Shown here one piece after another: positions 53,191-64,000 of a stretch of 64,000 bases of DNA. The stretch is from Minutocellus sp. GHC0000111. Taxonomy: Eukaryota. Location: NCBI GenBank assembly GCA_977018835.1, contig OZ361260.1, positions 930,001-994,000 of the forward strand, written 5' to 3'. The notes beneath the pieces are model-generated. The model was not told where the DNA came from. It saw only the letters and a list, made by a program, of their open reading frames with translations, and ran no database searches. The number at the start of each line of letters is the position of its first letter. Position 1 is the stretch's first letter. The translations under genes and the position numbers were made by a program.

Positions 53191-54204
53191 CTAGTTTTCC
53201 TTGAGCAAAGCCGACACCTTGGCCAACTCTTCCTTTTCACCGGTTCGCATAATTTTCTTCCTCCGTTCCATATCCTCCTCGATGCTCAGTGGCTTTGCAT
53301 TGGCCCCATCGGCACCACCACCGGCAGCTCCGTCGTTGAGATCGACCACGCCATCGTCGTCATTATCGGCGCCACCATTCTTTCTGGCCTCTTTCTCTTC
53401 ATCGAGCTTGGCCATCAGGTCCTTGCCGGCCTCCGTAAGGGCCTTCAGATCTTCCCTCCCAGCGACGGCGTTGCTCACGGACTCATGGATGGCTTGAGCA
53501 CCCTCTTTGTCCCCCAGGCAACTCTCGTCCAGTGCCCTCTTGGCACCCTTGGCAAGGCCGTGGGTCTGGCCCAGCTTCGACACGACAGCCCGCAGGTCGG
53601 ATCTCTTCCGACGGGCATCGCGAAGCTTCTTCCGAAGGGTGGCAGTTTCCTCATCGATGGCCGCAACCTGCTCCAACGTCGGAACGGCCTCCTTGTTGGG
53701 CGGTACGGCATGCTGACTTGCGGCCGATGCCGAAGAGGTGCCGTCGGCAATATTGGTTGACTGGTCCGCACCGGTGCCCACTTGGTCGACGCCTCCAGCC
53801 AGATAGGCCTTGACAATCTCCTCTCGTCTCTTTGGGCCGGTACCGACAGGCAGCGCAAATACGTTCCGACAGGCGTACGCCTCGGCAATGTCGAGGTTGG
53901 TACCGTACAAACTACGGAGGATGCTCAGCAACTTCTCCGGAGGGCGCTGGGTTCTTTTGCCGCCCACATCCCCAATGCCACCGATGCTGGGCCGGCCCGA
54001 AGCATCCATATCCTCGGGGAGAAAGGGCAGGCCAGTCTCAATGCTGTTCCGGAGCGCTGCATCAATCTGGTCGTTTAGGCTGTCGAAGATACGGGAGGGG
54101 AGCGAATCGAAGAGAATGGTCGCCGTCTCCCCCGTCCTAGGAATTGGAAGGGCCGCGGTGGCCTCTGGGGGCGCCGATGATGATGTATCCGTGCTGGTTT
54201 CCAT
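53191..54204 (-). CDS. Mis12-like kinetochore protein
   Basis: FDSLPSRIFDSL..NLDIAEAYACRNVFALP resembles the Mis12 signature; followed by coiled coil. Confidence 0.55.
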   Translation of the reverse strand: METSTDTSSSAPPEATAALPIPRTGETATILFDSLPSRIFDSLNDQIDAALRNSIETGLPFLPEDMDASGRPSIGGIGDVGGKRTQRPPEKLLSILRSLYGTNLDIAEAYACRNVFALPVGTGPKRREEIVKAYLAGGVDQVGTGADQSTNIADGTSSASAASQHAVPPNKEAVPTLEQVAAIDEETATLRKKLRDARRKRSDLRAVVSKLGQTHGLAKGAKRALDESCLGDKEGAQAIHESVSNAVAGREDLKALTEAGKDLMAKLDEEKEARKNGGADNDDDGVVDLNDGAAGGGADGANAKPLSIEEDMERRKKIMRTGEKEELAKVSALLKEN

Positions 54205-54293
54205 AGCGGTGGCTGTAGGTTGGGAAACACTGAAGGAACAGCGGTATCTTGTTGCTGGCCGTTTTTTTTTTCCATCATGTTGTGTAGTGTAAT

Positions 54294-54893
54294 GTGTGCC
54301 TTTTCGCAGTACAGGCGCCTGTACCTTTTCACTTACTCAGCGGCTCGCCTCTGTCGAAGACACTAATTGCAAATTCCGAGGAAGAGGGTGCCCGTGGTCA
54401 CGAAGGCTTTCAGGAGGCGGCTGAGGGCTTGTGGGAACGATTGGAGCCCAATCTGATGGGTGGAACGATTGGTGGGAGAAATAGAAAGATAATATTCACG
54501 GGACACTCGCTGGGTGCTGGGACCAGCGAGATGACAGCACTGCATGCAGCGGCGGCATCGACGGGTGGTACGGAAATATCGCAAATCACAACGTTTGGTG
54601 GCCCTTGTATTGGCGACGCCGCATTTGTCCGTCATGTGAATTATGGAGCCCTCGCAAACACGGATATCAAGCACATTGTCCATGATTATGATCCCATTTT
54701 ATTCAATAATGGACCTCTGTGGGAGAAATTGGGATTCGAACGAAGTGGAATTACGTTGGAATGTGATCCCCACGAAGCTAGAATATTGACAGAGGAAAGG
54801 AATGACAACACTTTGGGCCTTCGCATTCCACCATTCAACATTCTCGATCACTGTAAATATCTCGGAGTCTTCGTCGGCCCAAGGTTAAGATGA
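54294..54893 (+). pseudogene. Class 3 lipase, C-terminal half only
   Basis: HEGF, IFTGHSLGAG nucleophile elbow, TFGGPCIGD, HIVHDYDPI, DHCKY; no ATG or N-terminal part. Confidence 0.6.
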
Positions 54894-55021
54894 CCATAAT
54901 ACTTCTGCGCAGTGCAAATCCAATGTATAACCTTTAAAAAAATGATGAAGCATGTATTAAATAATATTAAAAGTTAAGTTGGGATCAGCTTTCTCGCAAC
55001 TGGACATATCGCTTGGGGTTG

Positions 55022-55740
55022 TTACGCCTCTGGCTCCTCGCAATTGTTCTCGTCCTTCTTGATGAATTTCTTGACAATGTTCTCGTCTATCCATGGCGTG
55101 GTACTCAACGCAAGGCCAATGCGGAGAGGGACAGCGAAACGAGCGAAATTGACAAAGGCAAAGGCCTCCGCGCCCAATTTGGCCATTTCCTCCTTGTCGC
55201 TGAAGTTGGGAAGTGTCCGGTAGCCTCGTAAAAGGCGAAGGAGCAGACGGGCACGCTGATGGCCCAGAAACCAAGCTCCCAGAGTGCGTACGAGATAACT
55301 CCGGCAGTTCCGGCCTCCTTCACCTGCTTGAGCAACTTCTGCGACTCGGACAGCTCTTCCTCTTCAGTGATGACGCACTCCTCATCGACGGTGGCCACTG
55401 CCTTCTTGTCGTCGCCATTGTCGCTGCTAAGAGTTTCAAGGTACGGCTTGGGTCTCTCCGCGATAGCAACCCCACCATCCTCGGACTTCTCTTCCTCGCC
55501 GCCAAAGAGGGGCTTCTCGGGCTTCTTCAGTCCCAGCTTCTTGAGGAAGGGAGGCATGCTCATGCTGTTCCCTCTCTGCAAGTTGTTGGTCCGCGCTGGG
55601 GGGCACGACAGCTCAGTGGTCAGCTCGTCGCGACTGGCAACGGACGAGACCCGTCCTGTGAAACTGGAGGGTGCCATTCGTTGAAAGGCAGAGGCGGAGC
55701 ACGCCAGAAGAAGGAGGACCTGGACCGTATATTGCTTCAT
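55022..55740 (-). CDS. Plastid-targeted FAM210/DUF1279-like membrane protein (1-nt frameshift at ~55208)
   Basis: ASA-F signal cleavage; VKEAGTAGVISYALWE; continuation AFVNFARFAVPLRIGLALSTTPWI in the shifted frame. Confidence 0.7.
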
Positions 55741-55953
55741 TGTTGTACTTGTTTTTGTAGCGGGAAATGATCGTCGACTTTCGAGGCGGGGTCTGTCTGC
55801 ATCAGGTCAGTGTCGTCAGGCAGTGATGTGTGATGTGGTGGTGCAATGTCCGGGTTCCTTTCCAACCAACCCCACATACCCGTACCCTCGCTCATATCAT
55901 GCTCGATCGTCATTGCAAAAGCAAAGAGGAGAACAGGGGACAAACATATCAGC

Positions 55954-56727
55954 ATGAGATTCTCACTCACATTCTTTGTTCTGGCGGGGGCAGCGGTGCT
56001 GGACACATGTTCCTCGCTACAATTACCAACCACGGGCAAAGGAAGTCGGAGAAGTGACTTTGCCGGCAACGTTGAAAGTAGCAGCACCAGTACAGGCAGG
56101 CGTGCCTTTTTATCGGCGGCCATGGCTACAATTGGTACTGGTGCATTCGCAGTTCAGCCGTCTCACGCGGAAAAGTTGGGAGACGTCGTAGAAGGAGAGG
56201 GCAACACGTACGAGAATCCAAACATTCCAGCTGGTCCTGAGGAGCGTTCTGGACTCGTGGTCCTTCGAGTTGCTGAAGTGGCCCAATTCCAGGAGAAGAT
56301 TCTGCGAGCCGTCGTCAACGGGGATCTGCCTGATGTTACCGTCTCTCCTCAGCAGATTGTCTTTGGGACTAAAATTTTGCTCAAGAACTCCAATTTGGCT
56401 GGCAATATGAGATTAATGATTGATCAAGAAGTGCCAAGACAGAGGAGAGCTGAGGCCTCGAGAAATGCAGCAACGTGCATGAATACTTTGCAAGAAATAT
56501 ATACCACAGCTGACAATATCCAAAGGCCATTCAACTCCAAGGAGACGATTCGAATAGCCGACCTTTATCGCGACGTGAGGATACAGCTGAATAGTCTGTA
56601 CGAATATTTGCCTCAAAAGGAAAAGGATAAGTACTACGGTTACTTCGTCGCGGTTACAGAATACGAAAAGAAAATTGCAGAGGGAGTGTACAATCCCGAC
56701 GTTGATGGTGTCTTGAAATTTGATTGA
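55954..56727 (+). CDS. Putative thylakoid-lumen protein of unknown function
   Basis: Signal peptide + transit peptide + twin-arginine RRAFL..hydrophobic..SHA cleavage. Confidence 0.7.
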   Translation: MRFSLTFFVLAGAAVLDTCSSLQLPTTGKGSRRSDFAGNVESSSTSTGRRAFLSAAMATIGTGAFAVQPSHAEKLGDVVEGEGNTYENPNIPAGPEERSGLVVLRVAEVAQFQEKILRAVVNGDLPDVTVSPQQIVFGTKILLKNSNLAGNMRLMIDQEVPRQRRAEASRNAATCMNTLQEIYTTADNIQRPFNSKETIRIADLYRDVRIQLNSLYEYLPQKEKDKYYGYFVAVTEYEKKIAEGVYNPDVDGVLKFD

Positions 56728-57057
56728 TGGTAGATCTAGTATTTTCACGGAGAACTAGTCCGGTACTTCGTGTCATTGGCTGATAGTGAGCTTTGGAGTC
56801 ATGTTTTTATTTAGTTATGTGCATTGTCAAAAGAAGGCATCAAATAAATTAAATTTCTGCCGCAAAGGCTACAGGACAGGGGTAGCGCCTACTATTGTTA
56901 TTACAAGCCACTCAATGAAGCTTCAAATACATGTGTGTTCAAATATGATGTACATTATAATCGCTATCTCTGTTCCTATTTCTCAACTTTCGCGCAAAAA
57001 AGCACCCTGTAGTAATAAATCCCCAACGTTGTATTTATCTACCGGAAGCTCTAGCTA

Positions 57058-58137
57058 CTAGATTGGTTCCATCTGAGTGACTTCCCCATGGAGCGCAGCA
57101 ACTGTTGGGTCAGCTGACGACATTGCCGCCGGCAGGGCATGTGACTCTTGAGAAGGAGCACCACCGCTGAGGGCAGTTGCGGCGCCAACAGGAGGAGGGG
57201 TGTTTGCTCTGAGCGCTTGGAGTGTTAGGGCGGCCTCCTCCTGAGCATCCATTTGCGCTTGCTCAGGATTCTGAAGGAGCTGCTCCTGCTTCGCCTTCTG
57301 CGTCACGCGCCACTTTTCGAGCTCGACTCTGTACCGAGCCTTCTCGCCCTCGGCCTCCTTGTCGTAGGGCTTGCGAGCGTCGGCGTCGAGGGCCTTCCAC
57401 TTGGCGGCGATGTGCTGAGCCAGCTGGGCGAAGCCAATCTTCCCGTGCGACTTGCGATGACGTCGCTTGGCTGGCTGACCAGAAGAGGAGTCAGCGGTAC
57501 CGTTGGTACCTTCAGACTGAGTGCTCGATGTGCCGTTGGCTGTGCTGCTGGTCGTCTCTCCATTTGCTGGAGGTGCTGACTCCTTCAGAAGCTTCTCCCT
57601 TTCGTCTCTGAAGAAGAGATTGTATGCACTGAGGGGACGCTTCGGCTTGTCCTTGGGCTTGGTCCAGGAACGCTTCTTCTTTGCGTTCTTGGCATCGTCT
57701 GGGGCAGCAGAGGACGAGGCTGCGGCCTTGCTTTTGCCATTGGTAGATTTGGCATCCTTCTTCTTGGCCACTGCTTTCGAAGTTTTGGAGGACGACTTGT
57801 TTTTGGCTGGAGACTTGGTACTAGAAGTATGTTGGACATCTTCAGAAGCAGCCTTTTCCAGAATCATGGCCTTTTTGGATGTAGCGCGTCGACGCTTGGG
57901 CGCCGGGTTGATGGCCTTTGCGTCCTCGGTACTTGCTGCGGTAGCTGTAGACGAGGCAGCCTTTGACGTCTTGGCCTTCTTCTTGGCTGGCGACGAGGAG
58001 GGTGGCGTCTCGTCGAGGACTGCTCCGACGGCAATATCTTCGTCCACGGCAGTTGGTGATGGCCGTTGTGGGGATGGCTTGGACGACCCGCCATCCTTGG
58101 CCGAGATGGCGGCTTTCTTCTTGCCTACCTTTGCCAT
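57058..58137 (-). CDS. HMG-box protein
   Basis: KPKRPLSAYNLFFRDER ... HGKIGFAQLAQHIAAKWKAL. Confidence 0.92.
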   Translation of the reverse strand: MAKVGKKKAAISAKDGGSSKPSPQRPSPTAVDEDIAVGAVLDETPPSSSPAKKKAKTSKAASSTATAASTEDAKAINPAPKRRRATSKKAMILEKAASEDVQHTSSTKSPAKNKSSSKTSKAVAKKKDAKSTNGKSKAAASSSAAPDDAKNAKKKRSWTKPKDKPKRPLSAYNLFFRDEREKLLKESAPPANGETTSSTANGTSSTQSEGTNGTADSSSGQPAKRRHRKSHGKIGFAQLAQHIAAKWKALDADARKPYDKEAEGEKARYRVELEKWRVTQKAKQEQLLQNPEQAQMDAQEEAALTLQALRANTPPPVGAATALSGGAPSQESHALPAAMSSADPTVAALHGEVTQMEPI

Positions 58138-58735
58138 GATTGACTTATCGATCCGGTGGATGTAAGGACTGTTTTTGCGTGGGAAGGGTCACCGAAAGCT
58201 GGCTGGACCTTGGTGCAATAATTGTTTTGGGCGATGGGGCGAGAAAGTTTCAGCGGCAATGTAGGGCACAAAATTCAAATGATGACTCGAATCTGATTCC
58301 TGACTTTCAGCTTCCAAATTGCACGATGTAGACGTAATCTAATCACTGGGGTGGCGGTCGAAATAAAGGGTCGAGGGGTCTCTCTAATTACACTTCTGGA
58401 GGGCATAGGCAATCGTCAGATCATCATGGTGCCAACGATGAGATATGATTTGGATGGACCGCGGACATGTATGCCTCATTTTCAGTCAAATCGGGGGGTT
58501 CCCAGGCAGAGCGAGTGAGGGGAATCGAAGCAGCGGCGTCTTTCCGGCTTCCGCACGCTGCTGCTGTGGAAGTCAAAAGATCCTCCGCTCCTGCCTGCTT
58601 GCGCTGGCTTCGGTGCTTCCATTCCCCTCCATTGCGCTCTTTTCCATCCGCATCGGAGGTTGCCGTTCTGATCGCATCGGCACATCTCTTTTATTAAAAC
58701 ACCAAACGCAAATAATTCAGCCATCAAAAGTAATC

Positions 58736-60364
58736 ATGTCGGAAGATCTCTGCGATGTCGGCCTGTATGGCCTTGCCGTAATGGGGCAAAATTTCGCTCT
58801 CAACATTGCGAGCAAGGGCTTCAAGATCTGCGTTGGCAACCGTTCCCCCGCCAAAGTCGATCTGACCGTCGAGAGGGCCAAGAAGGAGGGAAACCTTCCG
58901 CTCGTCGGCGCCAAGAGTCCGGAGGAGTTCATCTCCAAGCTGGCCAAGCCGCGCAAGGTCATCATTCTCGTCATGGCAGGGAAGCCCGTCGATGAGACCA
59001 TTGCCAAGCTTAGCTCCCTCATGGAGTTGGGCGATGTAATTGTGGACGGAGGCAATGAGTGGTACCCCAACTCCATCCGCCGGGCGGAGGAGCTGCAGCC
59101 CAAGGGCATCCACTTCGTCGGGATGGGAATTAGCGGCGGAGAAGAGGGAGCGCGCAACGGCCCCAGTCTCATGCCCGGCGGACCCAAGGCCGCATACGAC
59201 CTGATGGAACCCATCATTACCAAGTGCGCCGCCCAGGTTGCGGACGGTGCGTGTACTGGCTACGTGGGTCCAGTGGGTTCGGGCAACTACGTCAAGGTGA
59301 GACGAATGAATAGAATCGATTCATGCTGAACGAAAGCGCATCTACTGACGATTGTACATGCATGTTTTGTTCTAATGCTCACGTCAAGTGTTTATGCCCA
59401 ACATCCCCACCCCTCCTTTCGCTAAACTGTCAAACCGTAGATGGTCCATAATGGAATCGAGTATGGTGACATGCAGCTGATTGCCGAAGTTTACGATGTC
59501 CTCAAGTCCATCATTGGAATGAGTAACGAGGAAATGTCCAAGACCTTCGCCAAGTGGAACGAGGGAATTCTGGAATCGTATCTGATCGAGATTACCGCCA
59601 AGATCCTGGCCAAGCCGGACGAGATCACCGGAGAAGGATATGTCGTGGACTACATTCTGGACAAAACGGGAAGCAAGGGAACCGGAAGGTGGACAGTGCA
59701 GGAGGCCGCTGAACAGAGTGTCGCTGCCCCCACGCCGGCCGCTGCCCTCGATTCCAGGTACATCAGTAGCCGCAAGGAGGAGCGGTCGAAGGCATCGGCG
59801 TTGCTCAACGGACCGACGGACATTCCAAACGTGTCCAAATTTCAGATCATCGAAGACCTTGAGGCTGCACTGTATGCCGCCAAGATTTGCTCGTATGCGC
59901 AAGGATTGGGAATCATCAAGGCTGCCTCTGATGCCAAGGACTGGAATGTTAACCTGAGTCAGTGCGCCAAGATGTGGAAGGGCGGATGCATTATCCGTGC
60001 CAAGCTTTTGGACAAGATCCAGGGTGCCCTGACGACCGATCCCAACCTCCCCAACCTCATGGTCGACCCGACCTTTGCCGCCGAGCTCAACGAGAGGCAG
60101 CTTGCGTGGAGGAGAAATGTAACTCTGTGCATTGCATCTGGCATTTCGTGCCCCGCTCTGTGCGCCTCGCTCAACTACTACGATTCATACCGCCGCGAAT
60201 CCCTCCCTGCCAACCTAACTCAGGCACAGAGGGACTTCTTCGGAGGGCACACCTATGAGCGTATTGATCGCGAGGGTCCCTTCCACTGCGCTTGGACTGA
60301 TGCTCACAAGGGTATCGGTGACATTTCCGAGCGTACCGCTGGAGAAAACGCGTCCCGTCTTTAG
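58736..60364 (+). CDS. gnd: 6-phosphogluconate dehydrogenase, decarboxylating (intron 59297-59440)
   Basis: GLAVMGQN, DGGNEW, GISGGEEGARNGPSLMPGG, YVK/MVHNGIEYGDMQLIAE, KGTGRWT, QAQRDFFGGHTY. Confidence 0.97.
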
Positions 60365-60705
60365 ACCACAGTGTATGGCAAAAGCCGAGAATTTTTATGA
60401 TCTGGGTGCCAAAGAATAAAAGTGTCTGTGCAGAAGATTCGGCCATGTATGAGCCAAGATTGGTGTCCGTTATAAGATTGAGTAAAATGTTTTCCATCTA
60501 TTTGCATGATATCTATCTATTCATTCATTTACGTAGGAGGATAGCAGAATGAACTAAAAGTGAGCCGATCACAACGATGCCGAAATAGTTGATACACTCA
60601 TGGTCGTGTTTATTCCGTTTCGGCCCTGATTCAAACCAATCACACTGCGCCAACCCGTGCTACAATCGTCCTGCAGCTCAATCATTATTATGTGTATGTA
60701 GCCAT

Positions 60706-61650
60706 TCAGCGACCCTTGGTCCTGGGATTGCTCTTCACCATGAAATCTCCCTTCACGTAAGGCCCATTCTCCTCTTCCCAGGCGTCACACTCATCGCTGA
60801 ATTCATTCATTTCGCATGGATTGATGGCGCCGTACTGCTGCCCGCCCGGGAAACTAATTACTCGCAAACTACCAAAAGAAAGAGGACCAATTCCGTTCTC
60901 AAATTCGGCAACGTTCTTCTCCATGGGAACGGCGGCGATGAACTCGAATTCAACCTTCTTATCCTTGGTCGTTACAGCTTCGATCATGGCGAACTGCCCA
61001 GCATCGGTTCCACCGTCGGGATTATTTGCCAGTACTGATTCACCAGTATCAGCATCATTCACGTATCCATACACGCCCACCTTTTCGAGATCCTGAACGA
61101 AGGAAAAGAAAGGATACATGAACCAATGCGAAGAATCAAAGTAATCAAAATGAGGATGATGATGACTGATTTTCAATCTCTCGGACTAGCTCTGGGACTG
61201 ACGGCTTACCTTCTCGGGAGGTCCCTCCAGATCAGCCTTGACGGTAACTCAAAGACCTCTCATTCCCTTCATGGCCTTCTCTCCTGGGATGGGCTTGCTG
61301 GGCGGGCATGGTGCGGCGCTGTACTGCGGATTCTTTAGGCTGATTTTAACTGGCCCGACAGCTTCGGCCGGTCCACCGGTACTGGGCGTGAGCTGCGTTG
61401 CCGTGAGAGCACCCAGCGACAAGGCCGCGGAATGACCGAGGAAGGACCGACGCGTGCTGGCGATGGCGCCGGTGATTTCACCGCCGTCACTGCTGGCAGC
61501 ATCGTCAGTGGTGGCACTCATCCGAAGAGCACATGATGGAGGTGATGGCGAAGCTCGGGTTGTCGTCGAAGGGGAAAATGCAGAGCAGGAATTTGATGAG
61601 GTGGCCACAATGAAAAGGCCAATAACGCCCTGCAGAGAGAGGGATACCAT
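60706..61650 (-). CDS. Putative thylakoid-lumen protein with in-frame TGA at 61249-61251 (intron 61093-61209)
   Basis: CSA-F signal, TRRSFL Tat motif, AEA cleavage; the frame continues past TGA to a phase-0 GTAAG donor and joins exon 2 in frame. Confidence 0.7.
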
Positions 61651-62153
61651 CGTGTGAAATACAAAGGCGGTTGAGTTTTGGTTGCATTCAAGCCGTGATG
61701 GGCTTTATGTTAGTTGGTGAGGCCTCGGCTGTGAGACTGACTCGACGACGACTCACTCACTCCTCGACGTCCTCGACTGACCGACCTGGCAACACGCTTC
61801 GTCTCGCGCGGAAGATCCATGATTTGACTGCTGACGCACTGACGCATTTGAGAGGTCTCCCATGAGGGCGGGAGGGAATTCGTTGATGTGCAATTCTAGC
61901 TAGAGGCCGTGTCGGAGTTTTTTCGCGTCCAAATCGTAATTTCTGCCAAGGTTTCTTTGCGTCAGCAGATTGAGAAGTCGCCTTCATCTGACGCGTCAGC
62001 ACTTTGTGTTCAGCAAGCCAGCTGTGGCCAAGACATTTCTTCTTTTCTGAACCGAAAACGGGAAACCGGAGGTCCTCACCATACGGCCAACCAACATCAC
62101 AATATGTATGAAACGGCAAATCAAACCATCGTGCAAAAGAAACGTTCCAAAGC

Positions 62154-63115
62154 ATGAAAGCAGACAAGAACCGGCCCCCACCAATTCCATCGAAAGGAAG
62201 GAGAGGTAGGCAAGGCAAAACCAAACGGTGCCACCAGGACGAGGACTGCTGTGGGGGCGCTGGGCTGATGACCCTGGCTGCATCCGAGGCAACACCCAAC
62301 GACGTCCTCTTTGGCCGAGGTTGCAGCCAATCGCCTGGGAATGTGGCCTTCCGCCAGCTCATTGCCGAGAGGGGCGACGATTACCTCCGGATATTACGGC
62401 GGCTATGCTTGCCTCTCAGAGTTTTCATGACTTTCTTTCTACCATCGCTAAACCCACCAGGGATAGTGGACAACAAGTCAGCACGCGAGGCGTCGCTCTT
62501 CCTCCCACTTCGAACAGCGTTATTGCCATCGCCAGTTCTGGTACCAGCGCCGGTGCCTTTCCTATCGCAGACCCACCACATTTCAATCCAGACGCCGGGG
62601 TCTCTTCTGGCAACGCTACACAACACCCTCCTTTAGCACATGCAGACCTATCAGCCATGCGCCAACAATTTATCATTAGTTCTGCTGGCGAGACTGGGCC
62701 TGTAACTGATGCTTCATGTATTCCAACCATGGGCGGCGTTGCTGCGGGATATCAACTCCCGTACACCATGCTAGCACCGTCGTTGATGTCGTCAATCCAC
62801 CAAGCAACACATGCTAGCAGCAATACACCATCGTCTATGACTACGACAGCAGCAGCATCGCTTCCTTTCCCTTTTGCCAATCCTACTGACGCTCAGGCCA
62901 CCACATACAGCAGCAGCACTTCACGACTATCAAATCTGCCAACCTCTTTGTCCTCCGGTCATTCTGCAACCACGCATGCAGGTCCATCGTCGATTGCCAG
63001 CGCTTCGCAGATGCCAACACAGGCCCAGTGCCCTCCTCCCCGGCCACTTGAGGCCGGTGCTGCTGCTGGTGACGACGACTTTCAGAGAGTTCTTGGCTGG
63101 CTCCAACAACAATGA
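62154..63115 (+). pseudogene. DUF6824-like fragment followed by out-of-frame Ser/Thr/Ala-rich tail
   Basis: TPNDVLFGRG..PGNVAFRQLI motif; the second half of the domain is absent; tail lies in ORF 62228-63115. Confidence 0.5.
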
Positions 63116-63277
63116 CGATCTACACATGTACCGGTGGTATAATGCGTGTATGTAACTAAAATTCTATAGCACTTACATGTACACGTAGATCTAGACGTTT
63201 TACCGAGTTGTCGCGTTGAATATGAATATAGATCTATGTAAATTTGCACATGCTACCGGTAGCTGATACATGTAGTA

Positions 63278-63455
63278 CAGTCCGTCCCCGAAAATAAGCA
63301 TATCCATTCTGGAGCTGAGGTCTCAGTATGCTTATTTTGGAATAAGGCATTTTAACACGAATGAGATGCCAATTCTATCTTAGAATAAGCAATAGGCCCA
63401 AAATCTGAGGTCTCAAACAAGCATATTGAATATGCTTATTTTCGGGGACCGACTG
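63278..63455. mobile_element. Tc1/mariner(pogo)-type MITE, 178 bp
   Basis: 26-bp TIRs CAGTC(C/G)GTCCCCGAAAATAAGCATAT with one mismatch; TA on both flanks. Confidence 0.9.
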
Positions 63456-63749
63456 TACCGGTACATTAATTATCGATCGTTCGTCGTCCTCGTCTTGCTT
63501 CTCGCCAACATAAGTCTGGCAGTCACTTTCGAATTACGGTAGATCTGCCAACCAACAATCCTGGTGCTGCCTGGCGAGATATGTAATAATTTTGGTCCGA
63601 TTGACACCGGCACCATTTCCTACGTGAAATTATGATGTGTGCTTTTGCTAATGCAAGTGCGGCAGCCTACTTTCGGATGCATAGGGTTCTATTCTCTTCC
63701 ACTAGAGCTACATGTAGCTACTAGATCTAGACGGGACGACGACACCCTG

Positions 63750-63773
63750 CACCACCACCACCACCACCACCAC
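63750..63773. repeat. (CAC)8 microsatellite
   Basis: caccaccaccaccaccaccaccac. Confidence 0.9.
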
Positions 63774-64000
63774 CCAACAGGCGGCGAGAACAGGTTTTGC
63801 CATGTCATTTGGAATTGTCTCTGTGTCAGAAAGAAATTTCTTGCGAAAGAAACCCGGCGCGGCCGCATGCATCTGCCTGGAGGAACCCATCTTGGCTGGG
63901 ATTACGGCGACGAGAGATTCAAGTACATCTCTTAGGCGTGGCACCATTCAGGTCCGCGCCTCTGTGCAATCAATTTTCGCACCAGATACAGTCGATACAC

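Noticed and set aside
8557..55210. Frameshifts at ~8557 (T run), ~20107 (G run), ~29823 (G run) and ~55208 (G run) as programmed frameshifting or pseudogenisation
   Set aside because: All are 1-nt indels in homopolymers, typical of long-read consensus error; read validation is needed before any biological claim
1..64000. tRNA or rRNA genes
   Set aside because: None recognised by eye; tRNAscan-SE or Infernal was not run

Overview
Gene-dense eukaryotic nuclear DNA, most likely a diatom or related photosynthetic stramenopile: short GT-AG introns, bipartite plastid-targeting presequences, a CoDi-like Copia element and a DUF6824-like fragment. It holds about 28 host genes, including CAB-tailed ferrochelatase, two NAC-alpha paralogs, transportin-SR, PDE12-like nuclease, OTU+SEC-C, Myb, ARL2, an amino-acid transporter, TatD, QSOX, Mis12-like, HMG-box and 6PGD. 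A transposon island at ~18.9-31 kb contains a complete Ty1/copia element (LTRs, TTCGC TSD) nested in an older degenerate repeat, followed by a truncated tyrosine-recombinase (DIRS/Ngaro-like) retroelement. Most striking observations: (1) transposon DNA shows systematic TpA->TpG/CpA transitions on both strands (conserved Tyr->His/Cys, TATA->TGTG/CATG/CGTG), a RIP-like process running in the AT->GC direction; (2) the Copia element has no TGG-type tRNA primer site, and the 9 nt after its 5' LTR are instead the exact complement of a segment inside the LTR, suggesting Tf1-style self-priming; (3) its pol carries a Tudor-like domain and lies in frame behind a single gag TGA. All calls come from motif recognition by eye; no database searches were run, so novelty is unverified.
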